The translations under genes were made by a program, and so were the position numbers. The notes beneath the pieces are model-generated. The model was not told the origin of the DNA and searched no databases. It worked only from the letters and a program-made list of their open reading frames with translations. A stretch of 64,000 bases of DNA from Polymyxa betae A26-41 (lineage: Eukaryota > Protista > Endomyxa: Phytomyxea), in the NCBI GenBank assembly GCA_003693705.1, contig RBZT01000545.1, positions 1 to 64,000 on the forward strand. Direction: 5' to 3'. Each line of letters starts with the position of its first letter. Positions within the stretch are counted from its first letter, which is position 1. Shown piece after piece: positions 23,189 to 40,943 of this stretch.

Positions 23189-26100
23189 ATGGTTGTGGGA
23201 ACCAGAAATCGCTCAACCACGACCAAAACGGATTCTGCAATCGATGCCAAGCCTGCCAGAGGAACCAGCGCCCAAGCACCTGCAAACGCCCCGAACAGTA
23301 TCGAGGATATCATCGACCGTGCAGAGCAACTAACTAGATCTGATCGTAATGCTGCATCTACCCTCAATAAAGGTGGTCATCGTCGCCTTACCGAGAAGGA
23401 GGAGGATGCGTTGATTGTCAGCGTATGCCGCTCGATTTACATCACCAAACTATTCGCTGATTTATTCAGGATGAGGCCTGCGAAGGAGATGAAGAGAATA
23501 TCCCTCGATTCGACACCCAGCCTCCAAATATTGTTGGCGGGACGATGAAGGGCTATCAACTGGCTGGATTGAACTGGCTTGTACGGCTGTACGAGACTAA
23601 TGTCAATGGGATTTTAGCTGATGAAATGGGATTGGGAAAGACATTACAGGTATTTTGACAGTCCTGCATAACATATTAAATTAATTTTGCTCCATTCGCT
23701 GACGTCTTTTAACATTGTTTCAAATCGGGTCAATCTCTCGCATTCGCTCAATTTTATTAGACAATTTCTCTGGTGGCGTATTTAAGGCAATATCGTAAAG
23801 TTCACGGTTCTCATTTAATCGTTGTTCCAAAGTCAACAATGGGCAACTGGCAAAATGAATTCCGAAAATGGTTCGTTATCGGAGGCGCTGCCTTGCTTTT
23901 ACTAATAACAGTAATAGGTGTCCAGATGTTGATGTCTTTCTTCTTCAAGGAAACAAGGATGAACGAAATCATCTTATCCAAACGAAGTTGAAGCCTTTAA
24001 AATTCGATGTGTGTGTGACAAGGTTGTTTAGCTTATATCAATTTATTGCTGTGACTTATAAATCGGCTTATAGTTACGAAATGGTGCTAAGGGAAAAAGG
24101 GCCAATTCGTAAAGTTTCTTGGCATTTGCTTGTCGTTGATGAGGCTCATCGCCTGAAAAATGAGAATTCATGCCTTTCCCAGGTATCCATTGCTGCAGTA
24201 TGGTGAATGCACATCTCAGATTTGAGCTTTAAGGTTCTTCGTTTGTTCCCGTCGCGAGCTCGTTTGCTAATTACTGGAACACCTTTGCAAAATAATTTAC
24301 ATGAACTGTGGTCACTGCTAAATTTCTTAATGCCCAACCTCTTCGATTCAGCTAGCGAGTTTGATGCGGTAAGCATTTTGCTGACCGTGAGTAGAGCATT
24401 GCTGATACGAGGGATTTAGTTCTTGAATGTCGCAGAGGCTGATGATGAGACCGGAAGGCAGCTTCTTGCTAAGCTACATGCAATCTTAAAACCGTTTCTA
24501 TTACGACGCCTCAAGGTTCAAGCAGCGCTACGCATGGCCATTTTGTTTACTGATTGTCTAGACTGATGTCGCCAAAGACATCCCTCCTAAAATTGAGACT
24601 CTGTTGTACGTCGGAATGTCCAGTATGCAGAAAGAAATCTATAGGGCGGTTTTCCAGAAGGACCTCAATGCTATTCAAGGCTCGACTAAGAACTCCAAAC
24701 GTCCAAAAGACCTCTGTTGTTTCATCGGTTTATGACACGCCGCATAGGTTTGCTTAACGTAATGATGCAGCTTCGAAAAGCTGCAAATCATCCGTATCTG
24801 TTTGAAGGAATTGAGGACCGATCATTGCCTGTTTATGGTGAACACATGATTACCAATAGCGGCAAGATGGTCGTCTTAGATAAGCTTTTGGGCCGATTGA
24901 ATCAGCAAGGCTCGAGGGTTCTTATATTCTCACAAATGACTCGTGTTCTTGATATTCTCGAAGATTACTGCGTGTATGGCTGTTTTCATCTTTATTCGGG
25001 TACAGTTTTACATGGTGATTCTTCAGATTCCGTGAATATGAGTACTGTCGTATCGATGGTGGTACTGATACTGAAGAGAGAGAACAACAAATGATGGAAT
25101 ACAACGCTGAAGGATCATCAAAATTCATCTTTTTGCTGTCATCACGCGCTGGCGGTCTTGGCATCAATCTTCAAACTGCTGATATTGTCGTCTTATATGA
25201 TTCAGGTTGCTTCTCTTCATCATCATTTGTAAACCTAACGGCATGACAGATTGGAATCCGCAAATGGATCTACAAGCGCAAGATCGTGCACATCGGATTG
25301 GTCAGAAGAAGACTGTGCACGTCTATCGCTTCGTAACTGAGCATACCATTGAGGAGAAGGTAGTTTCTTTTATTATGTAATTTGCTGCTTCATAATATAT
25401 GCTATACAGATTATTGAGCGAGCCGAAATGAAACTTCGCTTAGACGCAATGGTTATCCAGCAAGGTCGCCTCACCGACCGAAGCACGAAAATGCTGAAAG
25501 ACGAAATGGTTGCTTTAATCCGTTACGGAGCCGACGAGATATTCCGAACCAAGGATTCCACAATTACAGACGAAGATATCGACCTCATTCTTTCAAAAGG
25601 CGCTGAAAGGACTGAACAGCTGGCCGTATGCCTAACAGTTTCCCTTTGAGTTTCAATACTTATCATTTGCATTCATAGCAAAAACTATCGGAATTCGAAA
25701 AATCTCTATCGAACTTTACAATGTCTGGTGATGATTCGGCAACCGAACAAGCTTTTATGTCCTTGGCCGGAGCTGAGCAGGGTTCAAGCAAAGCTGAAGA
25801 TTTGGCTTTTTTGACCAAGGTTTCTTCTGTTCTTGGCAAGCGCGATCGCATCAAAAGCCGTACCAGCTATGATGTTGACCAATATTACAAAGAGGTCGGG
25901 TTTGCTTTCAAAGCTTTCCTATACTTTACTCAGACCGGTGTCTAGGTGATGGATGAAAAACGAAGAAAATCAGGGAATGCGTCAGTTCCTCGGCCGAAGC
26001 GGTTACCACAGCTCTTTGATTTCCATGTAAGTTGTTCGCAAATCTGAACGTAATTGATAAAAATTTGCTTTAGTTTCTTGATAGAGATAGGTTGACAGAT

Positions 26101-27138
26101 CTGGCTGATAAAGAACAAGCTCGATGGTCGATGGAATCTGATGTACTTTCTTCCTTGCCCAAACTTCAGCGATACTGACATGCCTTAGGGCCTTGATGAA
26201 ATGGATTTGCCACCTGCCTTGACAGAAGAGGAGCAGGCTGAGAAAGAACGGCTGCTTTTGGAAGGGTTCATACAATGGAACCGCCGAGATTTCAATCGGT
26301 ATCTTCGTGCGTGCGGTGCGTGTAACTTTTCGCTTTTGTGGTTGCTTTTTCTCAAAAGCATTCCAACTGTTTTTTGATAACGTATCTGACGTTGTCTCAG
26401 AGAGGTTTGGCCGAGACGGCGTTGACAATATTGTCAAAGCACTCCAAGATAAGCCGGAGCAGGAGGTTTGGAAGCATTTTCATTCATTTACCTTTCGATG
26501 TCACTTGACTTGAGCTAGGTTCGCCAGTATCACATTACGTTTTGGAAGCGTTATACGGAGCTGGAAGGATGGGAAAGGATTATCAAAGCCATCGAACGAG
26601 GAGAATCGAGGCTGGTTCGTGGCAAAGAAATTCAAGAGGTAAATAGTCATAATGCGAGTCTCTGCAAATAATGACTTATATGTGGTCAGCTAATTACTCG
26701 TGCTATTCGGAATGCTGGTACAGATCCAATGAAAACGTTAGAACTGAAATACGGAACCCAGCATAAAGGCAAAGGCTATACAGAACTAAACGACCGGTTT
26801 CTTCTGGTTAAAACTGGTTCGTGCTGGTAATCTCTGATCGTTCCTATCTGATAGCATGACAGCTGAGTTTGGATATGGCGATTGGGAGCGTTTGCATATG
26901 GCTATAATGTGCTCTTCGTTGTTCACGTTTGATTATTTCATCAAGAGTCGTTCTAGTGCTGAATTAAATCGCCGCGTTGATGTTTTGGCAAGAATATGCG
27001 AGAAGGTAAATAGATTCCATCCCGTTTGCTCTAGTTAAACCGGAATGTGAGCAGGAATTAGACCAGAAGCAGGAACCAGAAGGCGACAAGAAGCCAAAAT
27101 TATCAGAAAAGAAAACACGACCTGTTGTAGCAAAATGA
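23189..27138 (+). CDS. ISWI: ISWI/SNF2H chromatin-remodelling ATPase, multi-exon
   Basis: [85 protein letters not shown] and HAND-SANT-SLIDE-like tail. Confidence 0.95.
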
Positions 27139-27369
27139 GTATTTCATTGTATATTAGTGCCTCTGAATAAAAGGGAATTACAAACAGAAGAAGCATAGTA
27201 TTGCTCCTTCTTTGTATTAACATTGTTGTTTAATCTGTAGGTTTGTCAGTAATAGGAACATATCAAAAATGATCTCAGATTAATGCAAATGTAATGTTAC
27301 AAATCTGTCATTTGACAACCTCGCATTAATTTCCTTACACTGATCAACTCGATTGGTCAAACTTCAAAA

Positions 27370-28306
27370 ATGTCGGTCTCTGATCAGATGGAGGTTGAGG
27401 ATTCGCCCCATGAGAAACGAATCGTGCGTCAGCTTTTCTTGTCCATTGATTGGGAGCTTAACCTGCGCTAGGAGCCTGGAGAGCCTTTAAGGGAGTTTGA
27501 GTGCGAAGACGATGATTCAACGTCCCATGAAGAACGGGTTTTGGATCAAGAATATGAAAGACAGGCCAGGCATCATTGTAGGTCTCCATTCTTTTGCTTT
27601 GACTCTTATGTCAGACATTTTGAGAACTTCATACTGCCTTGAATGAGTAATGAAGTTTACTCAGGGGATGAAGAATCATTTCGTCGTCATCTAGTTCTGC
27701 CTCATATCATTAGCGGTTATCTCCAGCTGTCTTTTAATGTTGTGATGATATCTTTCGTGATGTATGCACTAACATCATTCGTATCCAGTATTCATGGAGA
27801 TATTGATACAAAAGTGGGTGCTTTTCGCTGCAAGTCTCCAATTCTCATTGTTATCTGCAAAGGTCAACGAATATTCTGGCACGATTGTCAACGAAATTGC
27901 TGAATGTTTAAACAATCATCGCTTAAATCGATGTGGCACTGCTGACGAAGTGCCTGCTCTTCGTGCAACGTGTTCTATGTGGGAGAGATGCATGTCGAGA
28001 GATCCTACAACCGTCGCGAGGACCAAGCTTTCTGCCCATACCATAGGCGAAATCCTCAATAATTTCGTGGAACCGTTGTCATATAAGGCTATGGCTTTCT
28101 TCACGTTGTTCTTGTTCTGCTTCATCATCGCGTCCAATTTGGCATTAAAAATGGGCGCCTCAAAGCCAGCTTTAGCAACCGCCAACGCGCTAATTCCTGC
28201 ATGGGAGAAAAGACCAAGTCGTTCAAAGTCACCTGTTAAAATGATTCGAGCCAGAGCCACATCACATTCCTATCGCAGGACACCCGCCGATCTTACGCGG
28301 TACTGA
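27370..28306 (+). CDS. Brr6/Brl1 nuclear-envelope protein, multi-exon
   Basis: LPHIISGYLQLSFN TM, DIDTK, four-Cys lumenal region ECLNNHRLNRC...VPALRATCSMWERCMSRDP, then EILNNFVEPLSYK and a second TM. Confidence 0.9.
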
Positions 28307-28556
28307 CTCAGCAATAGTCGCTCTAATTTATAGTGTGTTATGGTTAATATAATGCTGGTAATTACGATTATGAACATTGATCTCCTAGCAAGGCAAAAAA
28401 TTTCATTTGACAGATTCAATGCAACATCATTCTCATTTTAGTCAGATGTAAGTACCTAGGTAAGATGTCCCGAAGTGGCGAGGCCTCCTGTTCAGATGCA
28501 TTTTTCCCTTTCCATCTTCTTCCGTGTCATGATCAGATTCGTTTGAATTGGCGACA

Positions 28557-32420
<3,864 letters not shown>

Positions 32421-32628
32421 CAATTAAAATCGTTAGACTGTTGTATCATCGCCGAAAGTTGCTGTTAATCAAATGGAGTTGATATAATTAGGCGTCTCGA
32501 TAGATTTCGAAGCTCTAGTAATTTGTTTCTCTCTGGTCTTGGTCTATGGTTTGATATTCCAGCAGGTTTCTGTACTCTCTAACTTGATGTCAGTCTACGT
32601 TGTGATTTACTGAATGTAAGATGGGATC

Positions 32629-34268
32629 CTATTTCTGGGCAGATCCTTGTGATACCGCTCGCATTTGACGTTGTCGTTGCGATTGTAGGAAATCTTGAAT
32701 AATTCGCTGCCGCCTTAATTCGTGTGATTTTTCAGATGCCGGTCGACTGGATCTCGGACGTGTCTATCATCACTTTGAGCCAGACCGATTACAAATAAAA
32801 TGCAACAGAATCTCACAGGTTCAGGCCGCTTGCATTTTGCTCGGTTGTGCCGCAGTGCCAGCTGAACGGTTTGATACAAAGCCGGTGCGGTCGTCTTTGG
32901 AATTTGAAACTCATAGATATGAGGACAGCTGCGGATCGTATCCAGAATGAGATCAACAGAGCCCTCATCGAAAGAGTTCCCATCTAGATCGATGTGTCTT
33001 CAAGGACGCTCAGTGAATGTGAGAAGTGGAAAAGTAGAACGAATACCGACTTCAACAACAAGTTTTGTTTTAAAGATTGACAGAATCGCTCAAGACCAAC
33101 GTATGGTGTCCCAAGTTGATTAGCACATAGGTTGAGCTTACTTATAGATCGATTCAGTTCGATGCCGGCGCTCAGCAGCATCAATCCTTGATCGCCGAGC
33201 TGATTCCCTTCAAGGTTGAGTTCTCTACAATCGGTTACTTGCCATTGTATCACTCAGAATAATTCTATACCGAAGCGAGGACTTAATCGTGGTTAGGAAT
33301 GAGGCAATGATAGAGCCGCATTCCACATCCAAATCGCAGAACGCCAGTGACAATGTTTGCATGCCGTTGGAGACAGCACAACGTAGTGCCATCTCTAATG
33401 CACGTAATCCATCTCTTCCAAGGCCATTATAACTAGAAGACAATCACTGGTATATAGCAGGTGATGAAAGCGTTGTACTCAAGAGCCAGGCCTTTTAATT
33501 TCGGGGCGTTTTTTGTAGATAACGCAGCTGATAATGCAGCACAGCATTGGATGGGATCAGTTAGTTCACAGTCAATTAGCTCGAGGATAGAGAGTTGATG
33601 GAGGTTCGGTAGTGTAGCACACTAAAGGCGATGATCAGAATGTGGAATGATGTGAGCATAACCGATGCTTACAAATGCAAGAAAGCCAATATTGCCAATA
33701 CCAGCCCGCCACATAGAGATTCGTTTTAACGATGTGTAGAATGTACGATGAAGACATTCAGCTAGAGCTTGGCAGGATCGGGGCCCGATTGATTCGCCAA
33801 TCAATAGACTTTTCAAAGGTTGCTCTATCGTCAAAATCAACTCTCTGCAGTAAGTTCCTCGGCAAAACTCTCTCTGAATTTAAACCTTTCAGCACATTTC
33901 GAAAAGCCATAAAAGTTAGAGTCGATTGCTGTGAATATGAATGATGAATCAAAACTCAGCGTTTGCTGTAATATAGAGACTGGAAGTTTCTCACTTTGTT
34001 CAATAGCCTTATTCATCTGATCAATGATCGGCTTGAACGAAAGCCGATCGAGATTATCTCGCACAGCGATGTCGATAGCCGCTAGGCGTAGGTCGATGGT
34101 CGTTGCTGTCACTTCCGACCGGGTTCCCTCGTTGAACAACTTGCGCCTGGCCTGCCTTGATACCGCTGCCGAACTCGGCCGAAACGATTTTGATGACCGA
34201 ACAGCTGCCCTGGTTGTTGCCGCCGATTTTGGTCGCTGTCGTAATGCAGAATTAGGGCGAGGTTTCAT
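32629..34268 (-). CDS. Ribonuclease-inhibitor-like leucine-rich repeat protein, multi-exon
   Basis: Repeats such as LNLEGNQLGDQGLMLL, LSLAFCDLDVECG, LNLCANQLG; basic RPxSA-rich N-terminus. Confidence 0.75.
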
Positions 34269-34373
34269 GTCGGGCGCTATTGACCGATTATGCTCAGATC
34301 GATTTCCAGTACCGATAAGACGAGCATATTTATACCGAATTAAATTCTGTATTTACAAGATTGCCGGCTTGGG

Positions 34374-37300
34374 TTATTTTCGACGTGTTTGACAATATCG
34401 TAAGACGACGAAAGTAATTGTGGTTATGCAGATAAATGCAACCGACAATACTAACACATCCTTGTCGAAATCTCTCCAGTTGAAGCCGAAATTCTGCAGG
34501 ATCACGTCACCGTCCATTTCGATTTTCACGTTGCCGAATCCTTTCGGATCAAATTGTAGTCGTAAGCCATGGAACTCGTTGGACATGAGAGCGCTATAAG
34601 CGTAGTTAATAAATGATGTACACGATAATCTGGATAAGACTGTGTTGGTACTGGATGCATTCAATAGTAGGCCACCGAAAACCTGAAAGAAGACTATTAG
34701 ATCTCTGCATGAAGATTGTTATAATGAATCTTGCCCACCATGGCGTATATAAAGTAAAGAATACCAAAAAGATTGGCTTGGCCTAGATTTGAGCTTGATG
34801 CCGAGATCAAGAACACCGAGGCGCCGGAAACCAAATTGGTGAGGACGAGAACACCAACAAACCGCAGAAAATGCAACAGATCTGGTCGCAGACCGACGAG
34901 CCAGTATGCGATACAAGAATATAAGACTGGAGGAAGGACACGGAATGGGATCAGGTCAACGATTAACTTGGCAATAAAATACGGCCCTGTTTGAAGTATT
35001 AGAGTTCAATAAAAGAAAAAGCAGTAATTTCAAATCGATAGAAGAGAGATAACAACTGGATGAAACACGAAACCGTGGACGAAACTGAAACAGCCAACAT
35101 TATCGAAAAACATCATCTGAACCTGTAGAATAGAATCCAGCGTAGCGCTCGCGCCATAGCAATATCCGATCCAAGACGACTGCCAAGTGATCAGAAATCT
35201 GCTACGATTACAAATGAATAAAGTAATTACAGTGACCCATTGACGACATATTCAGCAGTGACATGAACAATATTGTGAAGAATAAAAACCCAATCTGTAA
35301 AGTGATCAGTCACTACTTCATCTTAGTGGGTGGAAACAAACCCGATTCTGAGAGCCGACAATTTTATTGTCGAGCTGGAAGAATACAAGCCCCGTTAAAA
35401 ACGCGACGATCATGGTGACGCAGTTGTACATTAGCAATAAAGATGGGTCCCGAGCACAATGGCGAAACGACCTCATCGTCAATAGCAAACATTGACGGAA
35501 TGGGGTGGCTACCTGCCTTTGACGTCTAGGTAAGGCTTGGAGAGTCTCCTGAGCAAGCAAGCACAGTTGAGACAGTTTAAAAACTGATAAAACAGGTAGC
35601 AATCCAGGAGCAGATATGAAACAGCAATTATAAATACGCTCAGTCAAAATGCAGACGTCCAAAGTTTTCATAGAATAACTGCTGAGTTTAGACGCACCTT
35701 TGATTGAAAGCATGATTGAACTTGGTGATCGACATCGCGACAATACTGAGAATTTCCGAACTTCCTGACCTGCAGGCGCGGATTAGCGATTCACAAAAAC
35801 GGCTGGGAATTGGTTAAACCAATTTACAATAGCGTTATTGAAGGCAGATGCTCTATTGGACAGCGTTTCGACCAGGAATTCGAACGGGTTCGCTCCTGGA
35901 GGCATCTTGTTGCCAGTTTCAGACTCGAAGAATTCGATCGCTTTATCCGGAGGACCATTGAACGCCATCGTACCACCCCTGCACATGAGCATTACCTGTA
36001 CAAGTTGAAACGCCAGCAACAACATACCACCGATTCAAACCTTGTCAAATAGAGGGAACAGATGAGCTGGTGGCTGATGGATCGTCATCAGAACGGCACA
36101 GCGATCTTCAACTGCTCGTTTACGTAGCGCTCGAACAATGACATCGGCATAGAAACTGTCCAAGCCACTGGTAGGTTCATCAGCTAGCAGAATACATGGC
36201 TCGGATATCAGCTCCACTGGAAAACGATATTAGTATAAAATTTTTTTAAACCCAATTGCAATTTTTGTACAACACACACCCTATAACTGCCATGACTTTG
36301 ATGGTGCGAAAAGCCAGAAAACAAATTTGAAACGAACCTCCTATTGCTAACCGTCGTCGCTCGCCTCCGGAAATACCGCCTCGCTCGACAGTCCCGACCT
36401 AAAAGCAATGTTCTATGCACGTTGCTAGAGAGAGGGCCATGGTATCTAACCTTAGTTGTGGCCACCTTTACCAATGCTAATTCTTCGATTATATATCGAA
36501 CCTTTTTCATTATTTCTTCATCACTCGTCCCTGGAGGCAATCGCGTGCGGGCGCTGCAGAAAATTGAGCGAAATGACCAAATGGCCAGCAGAGATATACC
36601 TAAATGCAAGCGTCTCCCAAACTGTCATGGTGGAAAGGTTGTAATCATCTTGAACGATATAGGAAAGGACGTCTTCTCTTCGGCTATCGTATTCACCCTA
36701 AACGAAACCGTCAGCACTGATACGCGTTAGCCTCGTATGTCATAGTATTTTCGTTCAAGCAGATCTTTAACATGGTTTGGCGAGCACTAGTCAGGCAGAA
36801 ATTGTTAAACATCATAAAAACGTCCATACGAAGATTTGGATCTGGCCTGAAATAGAGCCCTTTTTGTTGATTCCGCCAAGAATATCCAACAAGGTCGACT
36901 TCCCAGCTCCGCTTGCTCCTGATCACAGACGACTGATCAGCAAAGGGGTTAAATTCCGATGTGACCTACCTAAAACAGCGACCATCTCTCCAGGCTTCAC
37001 AACACCGCTACTGCTATGCAAAATGTGCTTCAGCGATCGTTGCCGACAAGCCCCTCCTTTTTCGATCTTGTAGCTAACGTTTTGCCAAAGTAGGCCAAAC
37101 GGACCCTTATTGCTGACTTTTGGACACTCCAACCCATCTAGCAGCTGTGATTACATTTTGTTGCAAAAAAAAAAGAGCGAAACGTGAGCTCAATGATGAG
37201 CAGATTAAAATGTAAAACTTTCAAGCTGCCAAGACAGGTCATTAAGAACAGACCTGCAGCATTAATGTTGAACGTAATGTCGACATCTTCAGTAGAGCCT

Positions 37301-38888
37301 GATTCCTCGCTGTAGAGGCGATTATAATCAGTGGCATCATGGGTCGGCAGAAACTTGACATGATCAAGTGCATAATCGTGAACCATGTTCTTGATAATAG
37401 CAGGGGGGTTACGTAGCTCCATGTTAACAAAAACGGCAAGGCCTGCCAGGGCGGCGTACATCGCCAATGCAGCTGAAGTCCAAATACTCATCTAAACAAC
37501 ATACTCTTAGACTAAACCAAATCCGTTTTAGCTTGAAACAAAGACAAAACGTTTGTTGGTGAGCTCAAATCAGGAGGATGATGAGCTCAAAGCAGGAAGC
37601 AACTGGGATATAAAACCGTTTTAACTACAATATGATCGTAACAGTTACCATGAACAATTCCGATTTTTCGGATTTCCCCGCTGAACCGGAAGGCTCATAC
37701 TCAATTTCGTCGACACACGTCCCAGTGATACAAGTTAGTGGAATTTCCACAACAACCAATGCGTCCTAAAGCGTTATTTAGCGACACTGCATAGTACCGA
37801 TGATGGAATCGGTTTTACGAGGGTGACGGTCATGTTGCCACGATGGTGTTGACTTGGGTCTACCAGTAAGGTAAGCGGTGTATCTTTGTCTTGGAAACTC
37901 TGGATTATTGACTGTAGCGCGACTGGACAATTTTCATCGGTACAGACCGTGCAGCTTTTCTTCGGACAAGACAGCGTTGAAAACGACCCTGAATCGAATT
38001 GAATAAGAAACTGAATAAAAACAAACATATGATCAAGCACGGGCATAAAATAAAGGTAACCCCAAACCTTAACGAAAATCAGTGATCCGGGACACACAGA
38101 AACGTAGGCAGATAAGAAAATTAGAGCCAGCAATAAGTTTAGATAACTGGAATGCAGTGGCATAAGCCTTAAAGAGCACTGAAATAAGAAGTGGAAAGCG
38201 GAAGGCCCAGTATAAATGATTCTCAAACAGCGATTCGCAAAGCATCACACTAAGGTCACAATAATGCAAACATCAATTCACTTAAACTGCAAATGCGAAG
38301 GTAATTCTTCAAAACCAAGTTACCCGAGGTGTTCGCTAGGATGGCGCATTCAGAGACGGCACACTGAAAGAATCTCAACATCGGACCGCACGAATTCCCA
38401 TCTGGATTCCTGGTTCTCGTCCAAAGGCTGACATTGGCCAGATGATTGGGCAGATCCAGCCAGACATCGATACGATGATCTACAAAAAAGCGATTACAGA
38501 AATGACAAAAGGAAAATGAAATGGGGCAACCTTGTAAGTCAGCTAGCTGTAGTAGAGGAGTGATAGTGGCCTGGCATTGTAATGACTTGGGCGCAGCCGT
38601 ATTTAATATAGAGTCGTCATATTGCTGTCCATGAGCGCAAAGCTTGTCATGTCCAGGTTGTATGACATCACATTGGGCTCCGGTATATCCATTAGGGCAA
38701 TCACAATGGGATACTGGATTAGGGCCCATGCATGGGGCATTTTGTAAACATTGCGAAATGGTACCGCCATTTTGGCAAATCAATGCTGCATCTGAGCAGG
38801 ATGTGTTAGCTCGCGCTAAACAAGGACAATAATCGAGATCGGATGAGCAAACAACAGCAAATAGAACCCATATGAGTGCCAATATCAT
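34374..38888 (-). CDS. ABCG half-transporter with N-terminal Cys-rich EGF-like ectodomain (Adp1 type), multi-exon
   Basis: Signal peptide, EGF-like CDCPNGYTGAQC, TM, Walker A G|RSGAGKSTLLD, signature ISGGERRR, ILLADEPTSGLDS, TIHQP and ABC2 membrane domain. Confidence 0.9.
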
Positions 38889-39704
38889 GACTAAGGGTAA
38901 ATTTAAGGGGAGATAATGAGAAGGGCGGCAGGGATCAAACCGGAGAGCGGGGCCTCCATCGGAATATCTTCCGACCCATCCCTCTCATATCTATATTCTA
39001 TATCTGCCATCTCCTTGTTGCATCACCAACCATGATGCTGTGCAGATAAACTTCAAGCATGCTTCACCTTTTTGTCGATTTCAGTTATTCCGGCATCTAC
39101 CTTTAAGCCATTGAATGTGGAATGTTACCACAACCTAGGCAACCTGTTTCATGGTTAGGAAAACCAATAGAAGTATCTCTTTGTTGCAAAATGTCAAAGC
39201 AAGAGCAAAGTTACAACCACCTTTCTGAATTTACATTAAGCATTCATGCTATGATTCTAGCGCGCTCTGTGAATCTCGATACGAAGATGGTGGCTTCCAA
39301 CATGATTTCCCGGTAATGCAGACCCGAGTGATGGCGATTGTCTAGGTTTGTGAAAAATTTTTGTACGCAATGACGATGCTATAAACGAATTCAGTTTCAT
39401 GATACTAAAGAAGCTCCATTTCAAGCATGCAATGCATAAGTTGGATATGTCAAGTACTTTGCACCCGCACCATTTATCCACCTGGCGCGGAATTAGAAAA
39501 TTTCTGCTCAACAATCAAATGTCAATGATATTATTATACACTGTTGCAGTGATTGTAAAACTGTAACAAAATTCTGCAATCAACGATGAAATGCCATAGA
39601 AATCAGATTGAGCGATACTTATGAGATAAAACAAAAAAAAAGCAGAAATTACGATGACAAAGGCAATATTCCGATCTTGATTGGTTGTGGACACATTACT
39701 TGCT

Positions 39705-40046
39705 TTATTTGCTGAAGCCGGAAGTAATAAGATTTTCAGCGAATATCGTCGTTTCGAGATTAGTGATGACCAGAGCGACCAGAATACTTATCCATTTCCT
39801 CCTTGCTCGGGTATACGATAGGAACCAGGGGGCTGGTCGTGTTCGCATTCGCATGTCGAACTAAAAGAGCACTGGCTAATACGATCGCGCCGGCAGCGAT
39901 CATGGTAGGCTTCTTCCATCCTCTAGAAACAAAGTCAGAAAAAGCCTATTCTTAATATAGAACTATTCTTACTTAGGATAACACCACCAGCCACCTGTCG
40001 GGCTCCAAACATACTTTGGAAAATCGTATCTGGCTTCGCCGCCCAT
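39705..40046 (-). CDS. Mitochondrial complex I accessory subunit, NUUM-like; 2 exons, C-terminal frame uncertain
   Basis: MGGEARYDFPKYVWSPTGGWWCYPK|GWKKPT followed by a single TM matches the NUUM-type MGGxxxxxPKxVWSPxGGW motif. Confidence 0.7.
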
Positions 40047-40943
40047 ACTGCCGAACAACAACTCGGATTTGAAAAGAGCGCTTAGATACGAAAGTGCGTT
40101 GAACAGAAACAGAAAATATGATCTGTATTCAGGCCTATTCCATGACCATGAAAATAAGCCATGCTGGGGCCCGAGAATATACAGTATATACCAAACGGGC
40201 ATGATCGGATAACCAGAAAATACACGTTCAATTGTTTACATGTGTGCAGCATGTGTTGTAGGAAGGTTGGATTTTAATGAAGTTGGCAAGATCATATACA
40301 CAGTACTGTATGCGATAGCTGTTACAGATTTACTGAAGATAGTGAAGACCAGGTTCATGGCCTGAATAAGCGATTGAAATCGAAATCTATTGGAGCACTC
40401 TCCAATGCGGAGACAAAGTGCGAGACAAGGACTTTTTTGGATCTGAATGACGTTTAAAAAAGTAAAAATCACATGCGCACTTTGTTTTACGTGAATGAAT
40501 CCCAGCGATAGCAGGCAAACATTGCGGGAAATTTTTAGGCTCGTATCATAAACCTGAAAAATTTACCGAATTCATTGTTGATGATGACAAAAAATAGATC
40601 GACGTGACGGTCTACAACAACTGCTACTCAAGCTTCAAGAGGCATCCATGAACGCGATCTTGGAATTCAGGGCCTCATTGCTGAGTAGGTCGGTCATTCT
40701 TACTCATTCAGAGATCCCAAATGGCACGCTGCGATGAAATCCCAAACCGACCATTTGTCATCTGATGCCCTTTTACACATTGTCACTCAATGACATGTTC
40801 AAGAGCCGAAATTTTGGGGGTAAACAGCGCCGCAGTACAGTTCCTTTCATCATCCAGACTTGACAAATGATAATATTGACCACCGGAAAGAGCAAACCCC
40901 AAAGGCAAAGAATTGCCACTTGGCGATATAATACATGAGTGTT

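Noticed and set aside
40519-40935. Group I intron core (ATTGCGGGAAA P-like and TTCAGAGA R-like words)
   Set aside because: No correctly placed Q or S elements, no P7 pairing and no host RNA gene; probably chance.
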